Origin: an uncultured Gammaproteobacteria bacterium
GTDB taxonomy: Bacteria > Patescibacteriota > Patescibacteriia > UBA10025 > JAHIVO01
Direction: 5' to 3'
NCBI GenBank assembly: GCA_964592105.1
Contig: CAZQBL010000016.1
Location: 2,560-66,559, forward strand
DNA length: 64,000 nt
Shown here: one piece after another, positions 56,401-64,000 of the stretch
Numbering within the stretch: the stretch's first letter is position 1
Layout: each line of letters begins with the position of its first letter
Position numbers and translations under genes: made by a program
Notes under the pieces: generated by a model
Seen by the model: only the letters and a program-made list of their open reading frames with translations
Told to the model about the DNA's origin: nothing
Databases searched by the model: none

Positions 56401-59400
56401 AAACTGGCAAACAGGCTCACAACAATGCACTCTGGCGGCCGTACCTGGCAGTCCGGGTGTATCCTGCAATTATGACGATGACATCACAAAACAGTATTTT
56501 TGCCAGGTGACCATTACTAATCCAAATGGCAATCCGAATGGCACCCAATATTTAACTGAATACTCATATGACAATGTCAATTGGGGTCACTGTTCGAACA
56601 ATCCGGCTATTGCTTGTAATGATGCCACTCCTTGCGGCGGCGGTAATTGCGTTACGAATATAGCAGAAGATTGGACAGCCTATCCTAAGTCAGGCGGTTC
56701 CTGGTTATTGAGCCATAATCAATTGACCTGCGACGCCGGCCACTCGCGCTATTATTACCGGGTCAGGGCCAGGAATTCGGTAGGAGTGGTGACTGATCCC
56801 TCGCCGGTCGGTTCCGACACCCTGCCGCCTTGTCCAGTATCTGTCAATCATTATGATAATCCTGTTTGTCGGAAAAATAGTTATCTTGATGGCTGGCCGG
56901 AAGATCCACAATGCGACTTAGCCGATCCTTTTGATCCGCAGAGTGAAGACGAGTTCCCGGTTTTCTGGTGGTGGCGGCCGGCGGTGAGCGGCCGTGAGAT
57001 ACAGGCTTATCAAGTTTATTTACATAGTCAAGATGGTAATGATTATTGTCTGGCAGGTATTCCCCTTGAACAATTCGGGTGTGGTGAAACAGTGCGTTTG
57101 AAAACCGAGGGGGAAGAATTTAAACAGCCATGGCGGGAGTCTGAGTGGAATGAAGTTGAAATCCCTCAGATCAACGAAAGAGGTATTATTTTCAAGCAAT
57201 TTTTTCAGGAAGGTGCCAAAGATCCTACGACTCCAACCATGACCCTACCTAACCATCAGTACGAGATTATTGTTCGCGGAGTCGATAATCTAGGCAAAAT
57301 GGGTGCACCTTCGACATTAGGTGTATCGGCAGATAATTCTGCATACACCCACTTCGAACAACCCGAGCCTGTCAATTTGGAAATTAGTCGCGTAAACCAG
57401 GAAAATAGGATAACCATATCTACTTCTAATCCCCAGAGACATTGCGATGGTGAGGATTTCTGTAATTTAACTGGATTAAATAATTCCGGTTTGCAATTTA
57501 AAGTGGTGTCAGTCTCAGAAGGAGGCACTGAAGCGCCTCAAGGCGGCGGCGAGACCGGTTTTGATCTGTCAAATGTTTATAAATCTTTAAGTGTTGTTGA
57601 TCGGCAATTATCTACAAACCGCAGATATTGTTATAACGTTCGCGGCTACAACGGTGATTGCGTTGATACGGATCCGACTGACGGCGAGTGCGATCAATTG
57701 AACGATTCGACATCATGGGCCAGAGACATGACCTGCGCCTTTACCTGGGCCAATGTGCCGCACGCACCGCGGCTAATCAAACAGGAGGGCACGACTGATA
57801 CTACGGTTATTATTAGGTCCGACGACGGCAACCCCCATCCCACTACTGAGCCAACCAACGAAGCCGGCGCTAACACCCGGTACGCCATGTGCGTGACTAA
57901 ATATTCTGCCACTGATCAGGTTGATTTTCGCCGATATGTCAGCCCGACAACGGGATTTTTGGGCAGCTGTGCTGGCTATCCAAATGTCAGCAACGAAAAT
58001 GATTGTACTAACCCGCCTTATAACAGCACCTGGACCTGGAACGACAGCTGTGACCAACCAAACAGTTATCTGACCACGCCGGAAAAGTATTGGAGCGTGC
58101 GCGGATCTGGCACTGGCAACGGTTGGGGCGGGGATGATGGCGTTTTGCTGACCGGACTGGAAAATTCTAAGTATGATTTTAGTTTTCAGGCCAGAAACGG
58201 CGATAAGGTGCCGACCCAATTCGGTCCGGCGGCTACGCTATTTTTGGTCAGAAACAATGTGGTGGGCTGGGCCTGGTCCTCTAATGCTGGCTGGATTTCG
58301 CTTAATTGCCTGAACATGTGGGCTAATCCCACTGTTTACGGCTATAGCTGTAATAGTGCTGATGAGTGGGGCTTGAACACCTATTATGTTGAGGGCCGTG
58401 AGTATAATCCGCTGGAAGGGTATGCCTGGTCAGCATCAGGTCTGGCTTTGGGTGGAGAATGGACAGAGGCGGAGAATGTGAGCCGGGTAAAGAATGTGTC
58501 CTCAGCTTATGGCGCGCCATCTTTGGCGGTAGATGTTTACGGCAATCCGCATCTGGCTTGGGCAAATCGTGCCGGCGGTGATCGTACCGACATTTATTAT
58601 TTAAAAAAAGAAAATGGCGAGTGGAGAACCGCCGATGACACGATCTATGTTCCTGGTTCCACCCCTTCAGTCAATGTGACGAATACTAACGCCTTGGCTT
58701 CAGTTATGCCCTCATTGGCGTTAGATTCGAGCGGTCTGCCTCATCTGGTTTGGTATGAAGAGGGCGGAGGTGTGTTTTATTTGAAGTGGGATACGGCTGA
58801 TAATCGCTGGGAAACAATTCTTGGTTGGGATTTTGCCACAGCCAATATCCCAGCAAACCGTGGAACGTCCGGGCTTAGAATTTCCCCTCCCGGAAATAAC
58901 GGCAACAATACACCGCATCTTGTTTTGGATAAAAAAAATCTGCCGCACGTGGTTTATACATTTAATAATGAAATATATTATAAATACTGGGATTCTACGG
59001 CCAGTTCAGGTGATGGGGCTTGGGTTGATGCTAACGGTGAAGCCGGAGGAGAGGATCGTCTCAATGTCAGTAATACTGGCGCAGAGGAGAATTATTGTTC
59101 CACCGATCCCAAGCTGGCTTTGAGCAATGAAGCCGAGCAGCGGCCATATATAGTTTGGAGGCAATCAGACCCGAACAATGAAGGTTGCGATGAAACCGGT
59201 GCGGTTTATTTAAGGAGATGGGACGGGGCAAACTGGGTGACCGTCAGCGGCGACAGCGATCAGGGTTATAACGGTGCCAATTTACACGTTAATTTTGGTG
59301 TGGCGGGGTATGTGGAAGAAAATAATCCGCCGGATAATTATCATGCCGAATCGCCCAATTTGGCTCTTGATTCGCAAAACCGGCCAGGCGTGGTCTGGCG

Positions 59401-62400
59401 CGATCCCAATGATATTTTTTATAAAAAATGGAATGGCGTGCGTTGGGTCCCGTCTGCCGCGTCTGCCAGCTTTCCTGATTTATGGGTAAATTATGATACA
59501 GGAAAATTCCATCAAAATGCCAGCCGTACCGGCTCAGCCTCTGGCACCTTGCAGATTGCCATTACCATGAAAGACGACCTGCCCCAGATTTCCTGGGGAG
59601 AAAATGCACCGGGTTTCAAGAAAGAGGTTGTTTTTCGGTACTGGAACCAGCAACACTGGACCACTATATCCGGTGCGGGTAACGATGATTTTGTCCATCG
59701 TGACGACGAAGATTTCAGCGTTTCGCGTACCCCCCAGGACGCCTCCTTGGCTCCGTCCATGTCTTTTGACGCTTTTGGTAATCCCCATATCGCCTGGTTG
59801 GAATATACGTATGATTGGGACGATGGAGATTGCGTGACTAATGGTGAGGGTGGACAGACTTGCTGCGCTTCAAACAATGACTGCGCCAATCCCGATTATC
59901 CTTATTGCGTTAATTTGTATCCCGATTCTTTCTGTTCTGCGGTGGATATAAAATATTCCAAGTGGGACCAGACGCCAAAAAACACAGGTTTGGGGTGGGT
60001 AAGTTTATACGCTAAAGTTTGTAAAGATGATACGCAACATGGTTGTTTCGACGATGATGACTGCGGCGGGGTGGCCGGTTCGTGCCAAGAGAGCGCGGGC
60101 ACGCCCCCGGACGGAGTGCTTTATGGATTTTGTTATAACAATACCGATACCACTGGCGAAAAATATGGAGTTTGCTCAAACAACAATACAATAAAATGTA
60201 CCGAGCATGACGTTTCTGATTGTAACGCCCCAGATACGGCTACTTGTATTTTGGAAACTTGTATTTCGGATTCTGATTGTCCAGATCCAGAGTCTGGCGT
60301 CAAAGAATGCCGCCGGATCACAACCGCGAATTTCAATGGCACTACCAGAGAGATTGAGGGCTGGGCCAGGATTTTGTCAAAGAAGGACGAGGGTTTGATC
60401 AATGGCTTTGTTGATTGGGGCTGGATCCATTTAAATGGTAATTATGATGATGGTCAGGGTAATGCCGGAACTTATGGTTTGACCGGAACGGAAGTCGATT
60501 CACAGAATTTCTTAGGCGACCCGGATGTCAATCCTAATAACGTAAAATTATACAGTTTGTTCGGCTGGGCTTGGCAGAGCCAAACAGCATGGTTTCCAGA
60601 CAAGGTCCAATCAGGCGTTGGCTGGATAGAATTTATGCCCGTTGGCGCGCTCTTGGGTATCCCTTACTTGCAGACCCAGTACAGTGATATTTATGCGGGA
60701 CAGAATATTTCGCTGGCGCCGCCGCCGCGCGGTTCTGGGTATTACACTTCAACCTATCTAATCTTGGCTAACGGCGATATTCAGGGCATACCCGGTTATT
60801 ACGCCCAGACCCAAACCGGCTTGCCGACCAGCCAATATATTGAATCAGGTTTAAGTTCTCTGATTGGCGGTTCATGCAGTAACACCAATTACCACACCCA
60901 AGCTGATTGCGAGGCGCATCTTGGTACCTGGACTCAGGGAGCCGGAGAGCCGCTGGGCACCCGGCCGCTTTCAAGAATTAATATTACTGATTTGATAACC
61001 CAAGTCAGCGGCTCCAACAAGAATCGATTCGGTCAGGAGGTCGTCACTTTGAGCTCCGGTGACTTAAGTTTGAGTGACGGTGACCATTTGGGGCCCACTC
61101 CGGTTCTGAATAGCAAAGTTTACTACGTGAACGGCAACGCCAGCGTGGACTATTCGACTATTACTTTCATGAAAGGGGGTGATGGTACCAGCGGCAACGG
61201 CACTATCATTATCAATGGTAATTTGGAAATCAACAAGGATATTAAATATGACGATACTGAACTGGATTCAGGTAACGATAATATCACTGATTTGCCGTCG
61301 GCCGCATTTATTGTTGAGGGAAATATCTATATCAATTCAAAAGTTCAGACATTGTCTGCCGTGTTCGTGGCCAAGGACAATCCCAATACAACTGATGTGG
61401 TTGAAGGCACGATCAGCACCGGCCGAGTGAAGCCTTTCTCAGTGAGTATTGAAAATAGCAGGGACGATGGTAATGTGGTATATGTACCTAGCGGTTCGAA
61501 ATATATAGATCAATTTGATTTTAACGACCTAAGCGTCGGCTATAATATTGATGGCCAGGAAGTTTATCGCGGCTTCCTACGCTTCCCACTGGATGTCCCG
61601 GCAGGATCGGAAATACAGCGAGCCTATTTACGTCTGACAGCGGCTGGTTCGAGCGAGATAGGTAACCCAGAAGCTTTTGCCCCCCGGATTTATTTGGTTA
61701 ATACGGGAAATATGAACAGTTTAGACTCGTACGATGCCAATGGAGATGGTAATTGGGATGAATTGTATAATATAGCCATCGCCAATGGAATTACCGCTCC
61801 ACTTCTAACCGGCTGGAATAATGGCAGTCAATGGGTTGACGACGCTGGCGCGGTTAATGAATCTCCTGATTTGAAAAGTTTGATTCAGCATTTCGTAAAT
61901 ATGAGCGATTATATCGAGGGCAATTCTATAGGTATTGTTATAAAAGAAGGTAATGCGGCTTCATTGGATGAGAATAATATTTTGAGATTCTATACTTTTG
62001 ATAATGGCGATCCGAATTATTATCCTGAATTGGTTATTGAGTATTCCCCGCGACGAACCAGTGTTCAGGTCAGCCACGATGCATCGGGGTCAAAGCAGGG
62101 CTCAACATATTTCAATGATACCCCAAATTGTATTGATATTGGCTGGAATAATAGTCGTGCCAACAGGGCAATTCTACAGTTTGCTCCATTGGCCGTTCCC
62201 AAGGAAGCTGAAATAGTCAACGCACGGTTGCGCATGGAGATTTGCGACAGCGGCGGTGGTAGTTTCCAGATGCGTTATGGTTTGCATGAAGGATATCCGG
62301 CATTTGACAATGACTATTTGCCACATTATTATGATACCCCCAAGCTTGACATTACCCGCGTGGCTGAAGTCGCGCAATCATTGAGCTCGAGTGATTGGGC

Positions 62401-62779
62401 CAATGGTACTACGGTTGTTTCAGATGATATTACGCGACTAGTTGCTTCGTTTTTTGATCGTGATGACTACAACAGTAGATTTGAACAAGCATTTAGTTTA
62501 CGATTGCGCCGCGGTCAAAACGAAGAACAGAGTGATGATGGCGCCGGTCAGTATCGCAGCATTAGACACGCTAGCACAGTTCTGGACGTTGATTATCGTA
62601 TACCTCTGCGTGTCAGTGGACTCTTTGTGGCCAAGGGCTATAATTTCGACCGAAAGTATTTAAGAAATCTTGCCGCCGCCGAACAAATCGTGTATGATGG
62701 AAGGGTAGTGGCTAACACTCCGCCGGGCTTGTCCGATTTTATAAAAGCCCTGCCCGTATATCAGAGGGTAACACCATAA
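53477..62779 (+). CDS. giant (3100 aa) membrane-anchored surface protein with dockerin-like Ca-binding repeat and Trp-rich beta-propeller repeats
   Basis: An N-terminal TM anchor (YTVLILALAGVLAAGLFLITYMM). The dockerin-like pair is CGDVNRDCDVTGSDVSYFVNYI...GDVNGDGVINSLDILYLVDFF. At least 7 repeats of the type PH(L/V)(A/V)W....(I/V)(Y/F)Y(L/K)KW....W are present, for example NPHLAWANRAGGDRTDIYYLKKENGEWRT and LPHLVWYEEGGGVFYLKWDTADNRWET. Confidence 0.7.
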   Translation: MNRLNGRDNKFSLALARNDQSGFENNMSKFTKYISYTVLILALAGVLAAGLFLITYMMSKPAEKAVGPVGVDPETQIDESVQKISRNYSEVLNEDGTRTATFTLGQSQYLDANGTYQPIDTNLVASEGDFAYKNETNGFRSYFSASATADNFAKFQIGDRSVAFSFVEPNGSTAAVDDNTIIYPNVYDGLDAKYTITGDEFLEELIARKELTVDRISQKIKLNGVYYKQQPDGSITFHDEKTKKIAWLAPAPVMYEQNNPEKISSGLHYEIQESGEGIILSKVIDQAGKQWLKTATFPVVIEPTYSPPPYYVSGPWGYLRRRTDGGIISTFLHYTPGEVKNHTVYTRHHYQARSYLSFDTSSIVDSAVVQTATLAVTMDSWGACLSDGSSFQRIYSCKDTWSTLDSSTWNSCLTTRDGNVRIGTGEFWGPGETVTINVSPVNISTIGASQFNLDYRGIVAPNDDVNCWVQYHIGSGGAARPVLTVTYLAQPAPPNNFEILPATTQDSLTMTFSDQTTDEDGWVIQTSLTGADGTWIDMCDIPTASPSGGCYNYLRGEYSCHNTSKANYDYDDGTTHRYCTVTHYDFTTTPNSKHYYRIASRANDVPGSPYWIGESFQLSTPTYRYTLASPITVAPTTVTSPGWNYYQIPSGGLPGGLPTFCLGARFLAPNGTWPPATPTVGTRYLMERAYTQSGVGTVSAYVLTSNPNRCTQHTLAEWNALLPIVIPAAEVPYPIWPNRLFEFGFYSVNGDGVLTEPTVFRSRYSRARRPSAPAISNITSTSMTVKIDTAPSDGFTKPSTPPAGCSDTICGDVNRDCDVTGSDVSYFVNYIKNGGGFVENWTGDVNGDGVINSLDILYLVDFFQGEITLNCGGANILNPAWTDYEVGTTSGSYINVSGANGNLQSNERWYDYDGMCSVDNYMTCHVANDCPSPQTCIISGTTWGGAAGVNLTGLTPNTCYTFQARSRNNTDLIVSNWQTGSQQCTLAAVPGSPGVSCNYDDDITKQYFCQVTITNPNGNPNGTQYLTEYSYDNVNWGHCSNNPAIACNDATPCGGGNCVTNIAEDWTAYPKSGGSWLLSHNQLTCDAGHSRYYYRVRARNSVGVVTDPSPVGSDTLPPCPVSVNHYDNPVCRKNSYLDGWPEDPQCDLADPFDPQSEDEFPVFWWWRPAVSGREIQAYQVYLHSQDGNDYCLAGIPLEQFGCGETVRLKTEGEEFKQPWRESEWNEVEIPQINERGIIFKQFFQEGAKDPTTPTMTLPNHQYEIIVRGVDNLGKMGAPSTLGVSADNSAYTHFEQPEPVNLEISRVNQENRITISTSNPQRHCDGEDFCNLTGLNNSGLQFKVVSVSEGGTEAPQGGGETGFDLSNVYKSLSVVDRQLSTNRRYCYNVRGYNGDCVDTDPTDGECDQLNDSTSWARDMTCAFTWANVPHAPRLIKQEGTTDTTVIIRSDDGNPHPTTEPTNEAGANTRYAMCVTKYSATDQVDFRRYVSPTTGFLGSCAGYPNVSNENDCTNPPYNSTWTWNDSCDQPNSYLTTPEKYWSVRGSGTGNGWGGDDGVLLTGLENSKYDFSFQARNGDKVPTQFGPAATLFLVRNNVVGWAWSSNAGWISLNCLNMWANPTVYGYSCNSADEWGLNTYYVEGREYNPLEGYAWSASGLALGGEWTEAENVSRVKNVSSAYGAPSLAVDVYGNPHLAWANRAGGDRTDIYYLKKENGEWRTADDTIYVPGSTPSVNVTNTNALASVMPSLALDSSGLPHLVWYEEGGGVFYLKWDTADNRWETILGWDFATANIPANRGTSGLRISPPGNNGNNTPHLVLDKKNLPHVVYTFNNEIYYKYWDSTASSGDGAWVDANGEAGGEDRLNVSNTGAEENYCSTDPKLALSNEAEQRPYIVWRQSDPNNEGCDETGAVYLRRWDGANWVTVSGDSDQGYNGANLHVNFGVAGYVEENNPPDNYHAESPNLALDSQNRPGVVWRDPNDIFYKKWNGVRWVPSAASASFPDLWVNYDTGKFHQNASRTGSASGTLQIAITMKDDLPQISWGENAPGFKKEVVFRYWNQQHWTTISGAGNDDFVHRDDEDFSVSRTPQDASLAPSMSFDAFGNPHIAWLEYTYDWDDGDCVTNGEGGQTCCASNNDCANPDYPYCVNLYPDSFCSAVDIKYSKWDQTPKNTGLGWVSLYAKVCKDDTQHGCFDDDDCGGVAGSCQESAGTPPDGVLYGFCYNNTDTTGEKYGVCSNNNTIKCTEHDVSDCNAPDTATCILETCISDSDCPDPESGVKECRRITTANFNGTTREIEGWARILSKKDEGLINGFVDWGWIHLNGNYDDGQGNAGTYGLTGTEVDSQNFLGDPDVNPNNVKLYSLFGWAWQSQTAWFPDKVQSGVGWIEFMPVGALLGIPYLQTQYSDIYAGQNISLAPPPRGSGYYTSTYLILANGDIQGIPGYYAQTQTGLPTSQYIESGLSSLIGGSCSNTNYHTQADCEAHLGTWTQGAGEPLGTRPLSRINITDLITQVSGSNKNRFGQEVVTLSSGDLSLSDGDHLGPTPVLNSKVYYVNGNASVDYSTITFMKGGDGTSGNGTIIINGNLEINKDIKYDDTELDSGNDNITDLPSAAFIVEGNIYINSKVQTLSAVFVAKDNPNTTDVVEGTISTGRVKPFSVSIENSRDDGNVVYVPSGSKYIDQFDFNDLSVGYNIDGQEVYRGFLRFPLDVPAGSEIQRAYLRLTAAGSSEIGNPEAFAPRIYLVNTGNMNSLDSYDANGDGNWDELYNIAIANGITAPLLTGWNNGSQWVDDAGAVNESPDLKSLIQHFVNMSDYIEGNSIGIVIKEGNAASLDENNILRFYTFDNGDPNYYPELVIEYSPRRTSVQVSHDASGSKQGSTYFNDTPNCIDIGWNNSRANRAILQFAPLAVPKEAEIVNARLRMEICDSGGGSFQMRYGLHEGYPAFDNDYLPHYYDTPKLDITRVAEVAQSLSSSDWANGTTVVSDDITRLVASFFDRDDYNSRFEQAFSLRLRRGQNEEQSDDGAGQYRSIRHASTVLDVDYRIPLRVSGLFVAKGYNFDRKYLRNLAAAEQIVYDGRVVANTPPGLSDFIKALPVYQRVTP

Positions 62780-62861
62780 GTAGTCTTAAGCATTTATCAT
62801 GTTGAATAAGTTTCAGCACGACAAATGCGCGAAATATAATTATACATTATAAATTAAGAAC

Positions 62862-63980
62862 GTGGCCAAAAAACAATATTATCTTGGTGTCGATATTGGA
62901 GGCGGAAGCCTCAAAGTCGTTGAATTAAAACCCGTGGGCAACAGACCCCAGTTGGTTACTTATGGCTATGTGGATGAAAGCTACAATATCATCAAAGATG
63001 ATACGCCTGATGCTCTCCGGGAAATCGCTGACCATTTACGTGAATTACTAAAGCAATCTCGGGTCACCAGCAATCGTGCGGTCTCGGCCTTGCCATCTTT
63101 TTCCGTTTTCAGCTCGATTATCAATCTGCCGGCTATGGCAAAAAAGGATTTGATTTCTGCCGTGCGCTGGGAAGCCAAAAAATTCGTGCCCATTCCTTTG
63201 GAAGAAATGATTTTAGACTGGGAGGTTCTGAAAGAACCGGGTCAGGTAATTTCAGACGGCGAAGAAATAGGGGAAAAAAGAAAAAAAGACGAAATAGATA
63301 AAGAAAAGTCCAAAAATGCCAAGGGAGAAACCGCCAAGGGTAATCTCAAAGTGCTGTTGACTGCCGCCCCGAAAAATCTAGTTAATCGGTATGTGGAGTT
63401 ATTCAAGGAAGTCGGTTTGCAGTTGGTTGGTCTGGAAACCGAATCTTTCGCTTTGGAGAGATCTTTGGTGGGCAATGACTTGAATCCGGTCATGGTTGTT
63501 GATTTAGGCAGCCGTTTCACCAGTATAATAATATTTTCCGGGGGTGTGCCAATTTTGAACCGGAGTATCGACGTAGGCGGTCGTTCCGTTACCAAAGGTT
63601 TGGCCGAAACTATGGGACTTTCTGAGCCGCAGGCAGAGCAGTACAAAAGGGACATGAGTATTTCTTTGGAGAAAGAGCCGCTGGAGAAATTGCCGCGGCC
63701 GGTTGCTTACCTGATCAACTCTTTGATTAACGAAATGCGTTATATTCTTAACATTTATCAGAGTCAAAGTCGTCAGCCGGTATCAAAAGTAATTTTAACC
63801 GGCGGGTCATGTTTTGTGGCCGGTCTCGCTGACTATATTTATAATATTTTCAATATCAAGGCATTTATCGGTGATCCTTGGGCCAGGGTTATTCATCCGG
63901 TTGATATCGACGCTATGCTTAAAGAACTGGGCCCCAGGTTTGCGGTCTCTATTGGATTGGCTTTACGGGAGATTGGATAA
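62862..63980 (+). CDS. pilM: type IV pilus assembly protein PilM
   Basis: The actin-like ATPase N-terminus YYLGVDIGGGSLKVVELK, the second phosphate motif VVDLGSRFTSIIIF and the C-terminal GGSCFVAGLADYI. GTG start. A low-complexity Lys/Glu insert is present in the middle. Confidence 0.8.
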   Translation: MAKKQYYLGVDIGGGSLKVVELKPVGNRPQLVTYGYVDESYNIIKDDTPDALREIADHLRELLKQSRVTSNRAVSALPSFSVFSSIINLPAMAKKDLISAVRWEAKKFVPIPLEEMILDWEVLKEPGQVISDGEEIGEKRKKDEIDKEKSKNAKGETAKGNLKVLLTAAPKNLVNRYVELFKEVGLQLVGLETESFALERSLVGNDLNPVMVVDLGSRFTSIIIFSGGVPILNRSIDVGGRSVTKGLAETMGLSEPQAEQYKRDMSISLEKEPLEKLPRPVAYLINSLINEMRYILNIYQSQSRQPVSKVILTGGSCFVAGLADYIYNIFNIKAFIGDPWARVIHPVDIDAMLKELGPRFAVSIGLALREIG

Positions 63981-64000
63981 CTTATCCAAAATCACTTGGA

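Noticed and set aside
1-64000. CRISPR arrays, rRNA genes, transposases or IS elements, phage integrase.
   Set aside because: No short regularly spaced direct repeats. No ORF with DDE or tyrosine-recombinase motifs. No rRNA-like conserved stretches.

Overview
The window reads like a low-GC, gene-dense fragment from a small-genome bacterium. Many giant secreted proteins, a type IV secretion (T4SS)-like locus, a competence gene (comFC) and a pilus gene (pilM) together suggest a Patescibacteria/CPR-like organism, but that assignment is inference only. Housekeeping genes are scattered through the window: leuS, tsaC, rsmA/ksgA, radA, recG, a dksA/traR-like zinc-finger gene, clpC/clpB-family, htpX, lemA, comFC, pilM, a LysM-M23 peptidase and a tandem-REC response regulator. 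Three tRNA genes lie on the minus strand at 37.9-39.1 kb: one Arg and two Ser. Two accessory blocks dominate the window. (1) At about 10.1-33.7 kb there is a T4SS-like locus without a VirD4/relaxase in the window. It holds a 2714-aa Cys-rich protein with CBM-like domains, a VirB6/TrbL-like polytopic protein, a VirB3/PrgI-like protein, a VirB4 ATPase encoded as two adjacent ORFs, a possible VirB8-like protein, two pilin-like large Cys-rich proteins (one fused to a VirB1-type lytic transglycosylase) and a PD40 propeller protein. (2) At 45.0-62.8 kb there are three tandem paralogous secreted beta-propeller proteins of 692, 1315 and 698 aa that share a conserved mature N-terminus and a C-terminal two-Cys tail, followed by a 3100-aa surface protein with a dockerin-like repeat. 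I found no CRISPR array, no reverse transcriptase or diversity-generating retroelement, no rRNA and no clear insertion sequence (IS) or transposase.
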